Shown one piece after another: positions 8,897-19,673 of a stretch of DNA of 64,000 bases (its first letter is position 1; every line of letters begins with the position of its first letter). The DNA lies in the IMG/VR virus record IMGVR_UViG_3300034378_000060; one strand, written 5' to 3'. The stretch is from an uncultured virus (IMG/VR IMGVR_UViG_3300034378_000060) (taxonomy: Duplodnaviria; Heunggongvirae; Uroviricota; Caudoviricetes). Position numbers and translations under genes: made by a program. Under the pieces are notes generated by a model, which was not told the DNA's origin, did no database searches, and saw nothing but the letters and a program-made list of their open reading frames with translations.

Positions 8897-10629
8897 TGCC
8901 ACGTAGAAAAGGAATCTTCAGCGAAGAGGAACGGCTTTGGGAAAAGTTCCAAGGCGACCCTAAAGATAGAGACCGTAAGGCAACTCATCGAAGATTCCGA
9001 GCGTGGAGACGAGAATGGAAACGAAGGGGTCCAGTAGAGTTTGCTGTCCATGTTTTGAAGATTGACCCAGAGACGGGAAAACCACTTCTATTATCAGATG
9101 ACCAGAGAGAATTTCTTTTAGACGTTACGGTTCGGGATATTTCTCTTGCAATTATCTCGGCTGGTCGTGGCTCTGGAAAAACATTCGTTCTTGCCATATA
9201 CATCATGTGGAGAATCTTCACCCATGACAAGTATCAAATGGCATGTATGGGTGGCTCAACCGAGCAATCTGACATCATTCAACAATACATGAGAGGCTGG
9301 AAACGAAACAGTCCAGATTTGAAGTCTTTTACGTGGAAAGACATTCAAGGCGAATATCGAACCTATGCTGAAAGTTCATGTAGGTTTGTTGCGTGTTCTC
9401 CAACAAGCACAAGAGGAAAACACGTTCGAGAAGTAATAATAGACGAACAGGCTGCTGGTGAAGAGGCTGGTGGCGAGAAGTATATTCGTGCATTCACTTG
9501 GCAAGCCTCAACAAGCGAAGATATTAAAGTTATCCGTTCATCAACACCACACTACGTTCATGGTGATTTCCTTAAAATCTGGAATGACTATCAAAAACTT
9601 GGTTATAAACGCTATCGTTGGGCGGTTGCTCGACATAAGAGCAAAGAAACAGACCCGTATATAATCTACGAAGACGCAAACCCATACAACTGGTTTAGCA
9701 ATGTCCCATGGTCAACTGACAAAACCATTCAAATGCTCAGACGTAACAAGAGCAATGAAGAGTGGCTATCTGAAGCACTTGGGGCGTTCAGTCGTGCATC
9801 TGGTCTCGTATTCAACCCATTAGACGTTGATTCCTGTATCTGTTCACGTTGTTTAGATGCTGGTCAATCATGTGAGCCATACAAAGAAGAACATTGCCCA
9901 GTTATCCAATATTTCATGCAACTTGAAGGACTTCCAGAGAAACAAATACCTTCCTCAACACGTAAAGCCTTACAGAAGGTTAAAGAGCGTGTTATGGGGA
10001 TAGATTGGGGACATGTTGCCCCAGATGCTTACTGTGTGGTAGGAAAGTTCAGAAAAACAGCATTCGTACTTCATCACATGGAAACAACTGGTCAGAACGA
10101 TGAGGAAAAGATTAAAGTTGCTGTTGAGTTTGGAAAAGAATGGGGAACAGAAATCCTTCGACCAGACCCACGAGAATGGGCTTACAATAACGAACTGGCA
10201 AACATAGGATTTGCAGTTCATGAACTATTCGCTTTTGAAGGTGGAAAGGAAAAGAAGGAATATATCCATATACTGAAAAAGTTCATCGAACGACATTTGC
10301 TGGTTATACCAGTCGCATTCGAAGACCTTATCAGAAGCCTAAAGAACCTTTCATATGATGACAAGGGACGAATCAGAAAGAAAGATGACCACTCATTTGA
10401 CTCGCTACTTTACGCTTTGTCATACTATGGTGAAGTCATGGATAACCCGCTTCTTAATTTACCAAAATCCAAACGGAAGGGAGTTACACTTTGGCAAAAT
10501 AAAGATATGAAGAAGCAACCAAAACCAAATCCAGAAGCAAGACGTGACTTCTTTGGTGACAAGAAGAAGAAAAAGAAGAAGAAAACTGAAGAGGATGACA
10601 ATCCTTGGAAGGGCGTTAAACTTTGGTGA
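8896..10629 (+). CDS. terL: Terminase large subunit
   Basis: Q motif (DQREF), Walker A GRGSGKT, Walker B IIDE, SSTP motif III, and RNase H-like GIDWG...DDHSFDSLLYA. Confidence 0.9.
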   Translation: MPRRKGIFSEEERLWEKFQGDPKDRDRKATHRRFRAWRREWKRRGPVEFAVHVLKIDPETGKPLLLSDDQREFLLDVTVRDISLAIISAGRGSGKTFVLAIYIMWRIFTHDKYQMACMGGSTEQSDIIQQYMRGWKRNSPDLKSFTWKDIQGEYRTYAESSCRFVACSPTSTRGKHVREVIIDEQAAGEEAGGEKYIRAFTWQASTSEDIKVIRSSTPHYVHGDFLKIWNDYQKLGYKRYRWAVARHKSKETDPYIIYEDANPYNWFSNVPWSTDKTIQMLRRNKSNEEWLSEALGAFSRASGLVFNPLDVDSCICSRCLDAGQSCEPYKEEHCPVIQYFMQLEGLPEKQIPSSTRKALQKVKERVMGIDWGHVAPDAYCVVGKFRKTAFVLHHMETTGQNDEEKIKVAVEFGKEWGTEILRPDPREWAYNNELANIGFAVHELFAFEGGKEKKEYIHILKKFIERHLLVIPVAFEDLIRSLKNLSYDDKGRIRKKDDHSFDSLLYALSYYGEVMDNPLLNLPKSKRKGVTLWQNKDMKKQPKPNPEARRDFFGDKKKKKKKKTEEDDNPWKGVKLW

Positions 10630-10823
10630 GGAAGAAGTGGGAAACCAAATGGTCAGTTTATCCACCGTGCTTACATCCAAAAGCCAAAGAATCAATTACC
10701 AAACTTACTTGTGGTCATGCTCGTTGCACTTACAAGAAATCTATTCCCTATCATGTAGTTTGCACAAAGAAGGGCAAATGCAAATGGAAGGGAGAACCAT
10801 CAACGGAGTTTCGATTTAGATGA
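10623..10823 (+). CDS. Cys/His-rich micro-protein, FxFR-tailed
   Basis: Ends TEFRFR. Confidence 0.65.
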   Translation: MVRKKWETKWSVYPPCLHPKAKESITKLTCGHARCTYKKSIPYHVVCTKKGKCKWKGEPSTEFRFR

Positions 10824-11491
10824 AAATCACACATAGGGCTGATATGGTAAAGGCATTCGCTGAGAAAATCCTTGGACACCATTATAATGAGAAAACCCTT
10901 GGTCGAAGAGGTTGGCACAGAAGCGATGCGATTGCATGCCCACTTAAAGCCTATTGGCGTATGACTGGTGAAGTGAAAGGACAGTTCAGAAGCAAAGACG
11001 TTGGCATTCTGATGGTCGGTGAAATGGCACACATTGTTCTCGAAAGAGGATTTGAGGTTCAAGAGCAAATCATAAAAATTGGTGACATAGCCATTACCGT
11101 AGATGCCACGCACAATAAACAGCCAGTCGAAATAAAAACAACCAGAAAGAAAATTTATCGCCGAGAAGACCTTCCCCGCTCATGGATTGAACAATTGTCA
11201 ATCGCTATGGCGGTTATGGGGGCTGATACTGGTTTCTTGATGATTGTAAATATCATCAACTTCGGAGTTACTGTTTGGGAGTTTGCAATGACAGAACGAG
11301 ACCGTGAACTTGTTCTTCATACGTTTGTTTGGCAAATAATGGCAATAGCCGACTCGGTTAAGAAAAAAGACCCAACTCTTCTAACACCTAAACATAGCGA
11401 TTGTATGTGGTGTTATTATCGTCCTTCACGAAAGCAAAAAGGCTGTCCCTATTATAAACCAGTAAAGAAAACGACAAAGAAAAAGAGTTAA
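10820..11491 (+). CDS. Cas4-like PD-(D/E)XK nuclease
   Basis: N-terminal Cys (ACP), D...EIKT, Q helix and C-terminal CMWC...CP. Confidence 0.75.
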   Translation: MKITHRADMVKAFAEKILGHHYNEKTLGRRGWHRSDAIACPLKAYWRMTGEVKGQFRSKDVGILMVGEMAHIVLERGFEVQEQIIKIGDIAITVDATHNKQPVEIKTTRKKIYRREDLPRSWIEQLSIAMAVMGADTGFLMIVNIINFGVTVWEFAMTERDRELVLHTFVWQIMAIADSVKKKDPTLLTPKHSDCMWCYYRPSRKQKGCPYYKPVKKTTKKKS

Positions 11492-11868
11492 GAAGTCTCG
11501 ACCTTTTTCTGCATTTGCTCTCGTATTTTCTTCACTTCGTCTTCGATGTTAACTGGCACAAACGGTTTTGGCTGTTTTCCTTCCAATCGTTTTAGAACCA
11601 GTTCTACGTTCATCTCTGGATTGAGTTTGAGAACACATTCAAGCAATGCCTTAAATCGGCGATGACTGACAACCTTACCACTCAAGTCGTTAATCTCGAC
11701 TTCTTCATCAAGAAATATCTCTGGATAATTTTCACAAAGCCATTTGAAGTTTGCCATTTCTCGTTGTATTCGTTTCTGAATACGATTCATATAGACACAA
11801 TACTTCACATCTTTGACTGGTTCATCTGGAAGATTTTGAAGCCATTTCTTCATTTTCTCAGTTATCAT
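11488..11868 (-). CDS. Hypothetical protein
   Basis: SD sequence, upstream promoter and a palindrome at 11884. Confidence 0.6.
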   Translation of the reverse strand: MITEKMKKWLQNLPDEPVKDVKYCVYMNRIQKRIQREMANFKWLCENYPEIFLDEEVEINDLSGKVVSHRRFKALLECVLKLNPEMNVELVLKRLEGKQPKPFVPVNIEDEVKKIREQMQKKVETS

Positions 11869-12044
11869 GTCTTACACCTTTTGTTAATCAATTGATTAAT
11901 TAGGACAAACGACTATTTAAATGTTATGGTAAACCCTTATTAGGGACGAACTACATAGTTTAACGTTTGGAACGATTAAACACTTTTAGTAAACATAACG
12001 TCTTTATATATGGATGTTATTATTAATGGTAGAGGGTAACTACA

Positions 12045-12515
12045 ATGAGTGAAAAGGACAAGAAAGCATTGGACTTGATTCGCAAGCATAAAACTCTTTC
12101 GAAAGGTGACGTGAAGGAACAATTCAAAGCCCACGAAGAGAAGAAGAAGAAATACACAATGGATGCAGCCAAGTGTGAGAAAGCACTTGAAGCATTCAAT
12201 GAAATCGTTGACCCAATCGTTAACCCAACGACAGATGAACCACTTTGCTGGGTTCGAAGACCAACTCAAGAAGAACTTGAGACTTTGATTCCAGACGAGT
12301 TCATGAAGTACAGGAATGACCCAAACGGCATTCCGCCAGATGCAATGAAGGGCAACGAAGACGTACTGTTCAAAATGATGGAACATCTAATCTCTGTTCC
12401 CGAACATACAGCGAAAGAGTGGAAGAAACGAGCAAACTTAGTGTTTCAACGTCTATTCCAAATGCACATCCAGCAAGTCATGGAAGACTTGGGAATTACT
12501 GTTAGAAATTTCTAA
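12045..12515 (+). CDS. Tail assembly chaperone (gpG-like)
   Basis: Upstream of the tape measure gene. Ends at the slippery heptamer A AAT TTC. Confidence 0.6.
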   Translation: MSEKDKKALDLIRKHKTLSKGDVKEQFKAHEEKKKKYTMDAAKCEKALEAFNEIVDPIVNPTTDEPLCWVRRPTQEELETLIPDEFMKYRNDPNGIPPDAMKGNEDVLFKMMEHLISVPEHTAKEWKKRANLVFQRLFQMHIQQVMEDLGITVRNF

Positions 12516-12538
12516 CAACCGATTACGGATTCAATAAA

Positions 12539-12727
12539 ATGACAGTTTGCGAATTTCTACATTGCACGTTCACGGAGATGAAAAGTCGGATTCAGAATCC
12601 CGCCGACTACGCCCTAATCTTAGGGTATATTACTGAGAAGAACGACAGGCAAACAGAAGCACAAGAAAAAGCAAAGGCGAAGGCTGAATTCGAAGCCAAA
12701 ATGAAGAAAAAGCCCATGTCTGGTTAG
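12539..12727 (+). CDS. Tail assembly chaperone extension (gpT-like, reached by -1 frameshift)
   Basis: The -1 frame from 12506 is open into this ORF. Confidence 0.6.
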   Translation: MTVCEFLHCTFTEMKSRIQNPADYALILGYITEKNDRQTEAQEKAKAKAEFEAKMKKKPMSG

Positions 12728-12737
12728 GTGAAATAAA

Positions 12738-13205
12738 GTGAGCATTGGAATCATAGAGTCCGACAATGGAACTAAATTGGGCACTATCAAGAAACTTCAA
12801 GAACTTGATGAAAACATGAATGAAGAACTTCGGCGAAGACTTGAAGAAGTATGGGATAAAATCTTGATGGATGCAATATCAGAGTGTCCAATGGAAAGTG
12901 GGGCACTTGCCAGTACAATCAGAATCGTTGAAGGGGCTTTCGGTGGAATGATGGGTGGAATCGTTGGAAGAATGGTCTTCGAAAAGTCTATTACGGCGGG
13001 AGACGAAACTGTAATGAACCCAAAAGGAACACCAACAAGTCATTACGCAAGTTCAGTTCATGACGGCTATACCCATTGGAAAAGTGGGAGATGGATTGCG
13101 GGTTATCCGTTCCTTGATATAGCCATTGATAAGAACTTCGATGAGTTAGAACGTGCTATTGAGGAAGCCATGAAAACCCTTGGAAAAAAGTTTGGAGAGG
13201 ATTGA
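12738..13205 (+). CDS. HK97 gp10-like tail component
   Basis: CPMESGALASTI...YASSVHDG...GYPFL pattern. Confidence 0.7.
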   Translation: MSIGIIESDNGTKLGTIKKLQELDENMNEELRRRLEEVWDKILMDAISECPMESGALASTIRIVEGAFGGMMGGIVGRMVFEKSITAGDETVMNPKGTPTSHYASSVHDGYTHWKSGRWIAGYPFLDIAIDKNFDELERAIEEAMKTLGKKFGED

Positions 13206-13211
13206 TAAAAA

Positions 13212-14297
13212 ATGGCAATGATGGGTGGAATGGGCATGCGAACCATTTGGATTACGTTGAGGGCTGTCAATTATACTCAGCGTGTGTTTCAAGAGGTTAT
13301 TAAGAGCATGCAAAATCTTCGAGTTGTAGAAGAACACTTTGGTAAAGTCCAGTTAGAAAACTTGCGTATTGGAAACGCAATGATAATGACGGGCATGATG
13401 ATGACCACAATAGGTCAAACTCTTGCTCAAAACATGATGAACTTAGCCATGTCCACAGAGAAAGGGGCACATGAAATGGCTCTGCTTCAAAAAGAGATAG
13501 AACAAACAAAAATCGCATTTGCCGATTCGATGTATGAAGTTCTAAAGGCAACTGGTGTCTTAGACACTCTACATTGGATATTAAACGCCATCAGAAGCAA
13601 TAAGGCTCTACAATGGATTGTCGGAATACTACTTTTGGTTGGCTCTACCGCTTTAGTTGTGATGGGCGGAATAATGCTTCTCGGCGGTTCACTATTGAGT
13701 CTTAACGCAATAGCAACTTTGCTACCGAAAGTGCTGGGATACTTGAATTTGATGTTAAGTCACGTTGGAATAACGGCTAACATCGCGGCAATGTCATTCA
13801 TAAGAATGGGCGTTGCAATAGCGGGGGCATTCGCAGCCTTCATGCTCATAGTTAGCATAACTGAAAAGTTCGGAAAGGTTGCTGGTGTCGTAGTTGGACT
13901 TGCAGTTGCAATAATTGGATTGGCATTGGCAATAGCAGCCCTTAAAGGTGTCATAACAATGGGGGCATCATTAGCAACAGATATTGGAGTGATGCTCGCT
14001 GTGGCTGGTATCGCTGGAACTGCTTACGCATTAACGAGCATGCAAGCGGGAACAAGAAGTGCAAGATACACGGGTCCGCATATGGTTCACCAAGGCGAAG
14101 TAATCTATAATCCAGCAACACATAGACCAACACAAGTAGGCAATGATATTGAAGAAGGCGAAGATGGCGAACGAAGAGGCGTAACACATTACGAGATGCC
14201 AGTTACAATCGAAAACGTTAACACAAAAGCAGATATTGATGACTTAGACGAACGTCTCTCAGAAGCATGGCGTAGAAAGATGAGACGAAGAAGGTGA
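13212..14297 (+). CDS. Short tape-measure-like protein with hydrophobic segments
   Basis: Ala/Gly/Met-rich helical sequence with C-terminal GPHMVHQGEVI. Sits between the chaperones and the tail tip. Confidence 0.65.
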   Translation: MAMMGGMGMRTIWITLRAVNYTQRVFQEVIKSMQNLRVVEEHFGKVQLENLRIGNAMIMTGMMMTTIGQTLAQNMMNLAMSTEKGAHEMALLQKEIEQTKIAFADSMYEVLKATGVLDTLHWILNAIRSNKALQWIVGILLLVGSTALVVMGGIMLLGGSLLSLNAIATLLPKVLGYLNLMLSHVGITANIAAMSFIRMGVAIAGAFAAFMLIVSITEKFGKVAGVVVGLAVAIIGLALAIAALKGVITMGASLATDIGVMLAVAGIAGTAYALTSMQAGTRSARYTGPHMVHQGEVIYNPATHRPTQVGNDIEEGEDGERRGVTHYEMPVTIENVNTKADIDDLDERLSEAWRRKMRRRR

Positions 14298-14301
14298 TTC
14301 C

Positions 14302-17300
14302 GTGGCTAAGACGTGGACTATTAACGTTGGCGGAACAGCCAGAAACTACAAGAAGATAGAATTCAGTAGGAAACTCGAAACAAAGTCACCAGCCGAATTT
14401 TCTGCTAAGATTCAGTATAGTGCCGATGTAGATTTCTTCGACCTTGTAGAAATTAAACGAGATGGCACAACTGAGTGGAAAGGCTTTGTTGAAACCATAG
14501 ATATTGATTGGGACGACCAAGGACGTTACATAAACATTGCTGGTCGTGACACTTCTGTTGTTCTATGGAAGAAATACTGTGAAGGATTCACCGAAATGGA
14601 TAAAACATATGGTGGATTCTTTGGACAAGTTAGTGCTGTCGAACTTATCAAGTTTTTGCTTCGAAGTCCACAGTCAGACCCAGTAATTGATTATCCAAAT
14701 AACCGTCAAGGTTGGGGAATGGACACCAGTAAGATGTCTGGATTTCACGCTTATAGAACATCTGCTGGAAATCCAAACTGGACGAGACTCAGAAAGAGAG
14801 GTTATGGATGGCGAAACAGCGGAACAGACTTCAATGTAGATACATTAGAAGCCAATTCAGCCGTAAGCGATAACTGGTCTAATGCGGGTTCACCGCCATA
14901 TCTAACTGTGAAAGATGACGCTAACTATATTTACTCTGCAACTGCTGACCAGACAAGTGAATGGAATCTTGAAAACCTTGGGGCAACTGCATCAGGCTTC
15001 GATGAAGTCAAATTGAAAATGTGGTGGAAACCAGATGTTACTTGGTGGTGGTGGATTCAAAGCGACTGTGACGTTTACCTATGGATAGCCTCAGAAAGTA
15101 GATGGCAATGGCTGTTCAACATAACTGGTCGTGACTACGGTGGAGACCACGGTTGGAGATACTTAGAATTCGAAGTCGGATTTCTCTTAAGCGGAGTCAG
15201 CGATGTAAATAGTGCCAAAGTTAAATTCATCAATAGGTCTGCTGACCTATCAACAAAAATCACCTATTGTGCATTAGGAGTGAACTATTCAACTTCTGGA
15301 ACGCAACACCAAACAGACTTCTTCGACATAAACTTTGCTGAAGAAACAGATGTCGTAGGCGTTTATGTGGAATGCCGAAAAGACGATGGCACATACGCAC
15401 GAAACTATAAAATTGTCACCGTTCTTGACGACTTAGAAGATTGGTCTGCTTATTCAGAAGTTGACCCGAATTCACACATTGCTTTGGAAGACAGCGATAA
15501 AAGAATCAACCATGATAACTACCAAGACGAAACAGCATATCTATATTTAGATTATGGAGTTGATGGACTTGACAACTTCGACCATATTTTCTCATTCAAA
15601 ATCACATCTTCAGAATCACATTCATACTGCTTTATTCCATGGATGGTAAGTAACAACCTTGAAGACGTTAAAACGGCACGGGATACCGCTGGACACTACT
15701 TTGCATACTTGGGCGTAAACAATAACAATGGAGTATTCAATACTTTCGCACAAGTAAAGGATAGTGGTGGAATTGGCACAAGTGGAAGCAATCCAAGTAT
15801 CTCACTAAATACGACTTACTACTGTCGTGTCATAAAAGACCAAGGAACAGATAAAATCACATTCTATATCTACACATCTGAAGACATGGAAGTTGAAAAC
15901 CTTCTATGGAGTGAAACTTTTACATTAGACAATGGTTTAGACTTCAGATACCGCTTCCAAGGAATAACCTACAACGGTTTGGAATGGGGAGAAAGGTTTG
16001 ACGACTCATTTGATAACTCAATAGCAGCATGGACACGTAACGGGGCAACTGCAACTACGAGTTTTGATTCTGGTGTTAAAATACACGGAACACACTCATG
16101 GAAAGTTGTCGCCGATGCTGATGAAGATGCTTACGTAGAGAAAGAAATCACAGAAGCCGATTTGGTAAGAGTACAATGGTATGACTATCTACCAAGTGTG
16201 CCCAGCGAATCGTTAGGCTCAACAAAGTATTTGGCTGTTGACGGATGGACTTTCGTTAATAACGATTGGACTCACGTAAACAACTCGCCATGGATTGATG
16301 AAGAAGGTGATGGCGACTATATTACATGTGCAATCAATCCCGCAAACCTTGGAGATTATGATGAGTATTACTCATTTGCAGACATAGACTCCAAGTATAT
16401 GGCAATCTCGTTAAGTAGTATGTATGTCCGAGCAAGATGTAGATTAGAAAACCCGCCAGCCGAAGTAACAGGCGTTACAGTTGAATTCTACGTTTGGGAC
16501 GGTTCAACATGGGTTGACGCTGGAAGCGTAAGCGTTGACAATACAAGTTGGACATATTATGAAAGCACAACCGACATAAAAGCCAGCATTAACACGATTG
16601 CAAAAATTAACAATGCAAGACTCAAAGTAGTAATGAATGGAATCTCATATTCTGGCGACCCAACATGGCAAGGAGACGTTAGAATTGATATTGCCCAATT
16701 ACATCCTTCTGGAACTGCTTATTGGGGACGAGTTGCCCTTGCAAGAATCTTCGATAAAGACACGGCTGGAACTGGCAACCCAAGTGCAAGCGTTCACGGA
16801 GTTGCAGAAGCACGAGTAACAGACACAACTTCAAACCAAGACAAATGGAAATACTGCATCTACGGATGGGATGATGTAGGTCCAACTTGGTCACAAACAT
16901 CAACTAATACAATTCCAGACAGTCAATGGGTTCGCTTAAGGCTTGATGTATATAAACATGCAAGTGCTGGATATGTTAAGTTCTATGAAGTGCAAGGGGC
17001 TGTTGGCTATCTGAAAGTTGAGAAGACCAGTCTCAATAATGATGGTCTTGGAACGCCAGACTGTGTAGATGTTGAAATAAACTGTTCAAACCAAGCATCT
17101 GGCACATTCTACATTGACCGAGCAATAATCTACTCACAAAGCCAAACTCACACTCAAGGCTATATTTATAGTATTCTCCACAAAGAAACAGAGTTGGTAT
17201 CAGCCGTAAGTGGCAACACTTTCAGAGACATAATTCATAGTTGGAATCCAACAACCATTGATAATCTACGAATAAAAATCACGGCAAACAATGAGACTGT

Positions 17301-19101
17301 CGGCTGGTCTATCACACAAGTTTACGTTTACACCGCCCCAGATGAGGAATATCGAGTTTACCGAGCAACATTCACAGACGAAAACTTGACCAGTAACGCT
17401 AATTCTGGACAGAAGGATGTTGCTGTTGTGGCTGGGGCATCCTTCGCTGTTGGAGATGTTGTAACAATTGAAGATGATAATGCCAGCGAAGTGAATAAAG
17501 TTGCCTCAATAGCGGGGAATACGCTTACAATGGAAGACAACTTAGAAAACACATACACAACGGCTGCTAACGGAAAAGTAACGCTTGGATTTCCAGTAAA
17601 CCAGTATATTCGTGCCCAGTCATTTGATGCATCATATTCTACGCCAATCGGACCACTTAACATTCCGATGGCACGATTGATTGACGCTTTAAACAGCGTA
17701 GTTCAAGTATGTCACACATCATATGTGCCATTCCATTGGTGGCTTGCATATGACGCTAACAACACATTCCATATGGATGACCGTAGAGGAAGTGACAAGT
17801 CTGGAACTGTATCTTTCGTAAAAGGAACAAATCTTGGTGGCGTTAGACGAAACAAGTCAGTTGAAGATACGGTTCACCGACTCAAGATAATAGGAAGGGG
17901 AGAAGGAAAAAGACAAGAAGAAGTCTCTTCAGAATGGCGAGAAGATACCGATGCAATGAACCAAGCAAACACCTTCATTGAAGACGTACTAACCGAGAAA
18001 GCCCAAGCGGATAAAGATGTAACAAACTTAATGGCTGACATCCATCTTGAGCAAGAAGCCGACCCATCAGACCAAAGCGTTGTAACAATAACGAATGACA
18101 CATATGCAACTAACGCCTACAATGTAGGCGATGATGTTACAGTAACAGATTCTCTTACTGGTCTAACTGGGGCACAACGTATCTATAACATACGCAAGGT
18201 TGTAACTAATAGAGGCGAACTGGTAACAATAATCATTGGCAAAGCATGGAGAACACAAGAAGATGAGTGGGAAGACATTTACAGACGACTCAAAGAGGTT
18301 GGAATAGTTGGAACTATGGGAGAAGACTTGTCTGGTGAGGAAGATAAAGCCAACAAAGTTGACGCTAAGAAAATCTCATGGTTCTGGGAACAAACCTCAA
18401 AGCATGACGAACAAACAATCGGCGATGAACGTGCAGAACCGATGTGGTGGAAAGACCCAGACCCAGACGGTGGAAGCCCACCAACAGATGGAAGAACAAT
18501 TGAAGTTGAAAATGAACGGCTTGGGATGTATGGTCCCTCTTCTGGAACAAGTGGGGCACAAACCATCGAAATAGAAGCACGTTACGATAAGTTAACAAGT
18601 GGTCCTAATGACAAGTACAATATTGTTCTCAATAAAGAACCAAAGATGGTTTGCGAAGCCAAAACTTATGAGATAACGGCTGGCTCTACTAAATACTGGA
18701 ACACAGACGACTTCTGTGAATTCGGAATGTTCAACCAAGAGACTGGTATAGGCTTCAAGTTTAGAGTTAAGAAAACTGCAAGTGGCTTCATAGCATATGC
18801 TGTTTACGACCTAACTGGAAGCGATGAAGTAGAAGAACCTATACGAACAATTACAACTAACACCAAATACCGATATGAAATGTATTACAACAAGAAAACT
18901 CAAAACTTCGTCTTTAGCATCTTTGATGTGGAAAATGAGGAAACAATTCCCCCATCTTACATAATCACGGAACTAAGCCAAAACTTAACACTTCGTCCAA
19001 TCTACGCTAAAATAAGCGGAGACCCAGACGATGGAAATTACTGGGCAAGGTTCATGATATATAAACTCAGAACAGAATGGACAAGAGTTGAATTACCATG
19101 A
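14302..19101 (+). CDS. Large tail tip/hub protein with inserted beta-sandwich (carbohydrate-binding-like) domains
   Basis: N-terminal WKGFVE...IAGRD hub pattern and C-terminal YNVGDDVTV...RIYNI. The middle is rich in Trp/Tyr/Asp/Thr. Confidence 0.7.
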   Translation: MAKTWTINVGGTARNYKKIEFSRKLETKSPAEFSAKIQYSADVDFFDLVEIKRDGTTEWKGFVETIDIDWDDQGRYINIAGRDTSVVLWKKYCEGFTEMDKTYGGFFGQVSAVELIKFLLRSPQSDPVIDYPNNRQGWGMDTSKMSGFHAYRTSAGNPNWTRLRKRGYGWRNSGTDFNVDTLEANSAVSDNWSNAGSPPYLTVKDDANYIYSATADQTSEWNLENLGATASGFDEVKLKMWWKPDVTWWWWIQSDCDVYLWIASESRWQWLFNITGRDYGGDHGWRYLEFEVGFLLSGVSDVNSAKVKFINRSADLSTKITYCALGVNYSTSGTQHQTDFFDINFAEETDVVGVYVECRKDDGTYARNYKIVTVLDDLEDWSAYSEVDPNSHIALEDSDKRINHDNYQDETAYLYLDYGVDGLDNFDHIFSFKITSSESHSYCFIPWMVSNNLEDVKTARDTAGHYFAYLGVNNNNGVFNTFAQVKDSGGIGTSGSNPSISLNTTYYCRVIKDQGTDKITFYIYTSEDMEVENLLWSETFTLDNGLDFRYRFQGITYNGLEWGERFDDSFDNSIAAWTRNGATATTSFDSGVKIHGTHSWKVVADADEDAYVEKEITEADLVRVQWYDYLPSVPSESLGSTKYLAVDGWTFVNNDWTHVNNSPWIDEEGDGDYITCAINPANLGDYDEYYSFADIDSKYMAISLSSMYVRARCRLENPPAEVTGVTVEFYVWDGSTWVDAGSVSVDNTSWTYYESTTDIKASINTIAKINNARLKVVMNGISYSGDPTWQGDVRIDIAQLHPSGTAYWGRVALARIFDKDTAGTGNPSASVHGVAEARVTDTTSNQDKWKYCIYGWDDVGPTWSQTSTNTIPDSQWVRLRLDVYKHASAGYVKFYEVQGAVGYLKVEKTSLNNDGLGTPDCVDVEINCSNQASGTFYIDRAIIYSQSQTHTQGYIYSILHKETELVSAVSGNTFRDIIHSWNPTTIDNLRIKITANNETVGWSITQVYVYTAPDEEYRVYRATFTDENLTSNANSGQKDVAVVAGASFAVGDVVTIEDDNASEVNKVASIAGNTLTMEDNLENTYTTAANGKVTLGFPVNQYIRAQSFDASYSTPIGPLNIPMARLIDALNSVVQVCHTSYVPFHWWLAYDANNTFHMDDRRGSDKSGTVSFVKGTNLGGVRRNKSVEDTVHRLKIIGRGEGKRQEEVSSEWREDTDAMNQANTFIEDVLTEKAQADKDVTNLMADIHLEQEADPSDQSVVTITNDTYATNAYNVGDDVTVTDSLTGLTGAQRIYNIRKVVTNRGELVTIIIGKAWRTQEDEWEDIYRRLKEVGIVGTMGEDLSGEEDKANKVDAKKISWFWEQTSKHDEQTIGDERAEPMWWKDPDPDGGSPPTDGRTIEVENERLGMYGPSSGTSGAQTIEIEARYDKLTSGPNDKYNIVLNKEPKMVCEAKTYEITAGSTKYWNTDDFCEFGMFNQETGIGFKFRVKKTASGFIAYAVYDLTGSDEVEEPIRTITTNTKYRYEMYYNKKTQNFVFSIFDVENEETIPPSYIITELSQNLTLRPIYAKISGDPDDGNYWARFMIYKLRTEWTRVELP

Positions 19102-19673
19102 GGAAACTGACAATAGTAATACCAGTAAAGAACCCACCGAACTTATGTGAATTCATCTCGGCTAACCGAGAACTACTTACCAAGTGTAAAGTCGTTGTCA
19201 TTGACAGCGGTAGCGGAGAAGCCCTTAAAGAGTTTGCTGATGTTTACATACAAAAAATAATGCCACTTACAGAAGCCAGAAAAGTAGGCTATGCAAACGT
19301 TAAAACCGAGTTCGTAATGAATCTGGATGCTGATGTCGCTGTTCCAAAAGGATACGTCAGACGAGCAATGAAACTCCTAAGAAAAGACGCTGATGCAGTT
19401 TCAATCTTCTACGAAGATGTTAACCATTGCCAAGGGGCTTTGGAGTATGGTTGCTCAATATGGAAAACAGAGGTCTTGAAGAGGCTATACGATTTCACGT
19501 TCGAACTTGTCAACGATGGACGGCTCTACCAGATTGGAGAGCAAAAGTTCTCCACACTAAACAACGGTTGGTGTGAATGCACATACATGTGGAGAAAATT
19601 AAAAGCAAACGGTTTAACGCTTAAAACGTTACCGTTAAGAGCAACACACTTGAGGTTTTGCGAATGCCGATAA
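19098..19673 (+). CDS. GT-A fold (family 2-like) glycosyltransferase
   Basis: TIVIPVKN, VVVIDSGS and MNLDAD. Confidence 0.8.
   Translation: MRKLTIVIPVKNPPNLCEFISANRELLTKCKVVVIDSGSGEALKEFADVYIQKIMPLTEARKVGYANVKTEFVMNLDADVAVPKGYVRRAMKLLRKDADAVSIFYEDVNHCQGALEYGCSIWKTEVLKRLYDFTFELVNDGRLYQIGEQKFSTLNNGWCECTYMWRKLKANGLTLKTLPLRATHLRFCECR

Noticed and set aside
10820..11491. Cas4-like gene as part of a CRISPR-Cas system
   Set aside because: There is no cas1/cas2 or array, and solo Cas4-like nucleases are common in archaeal viruses.
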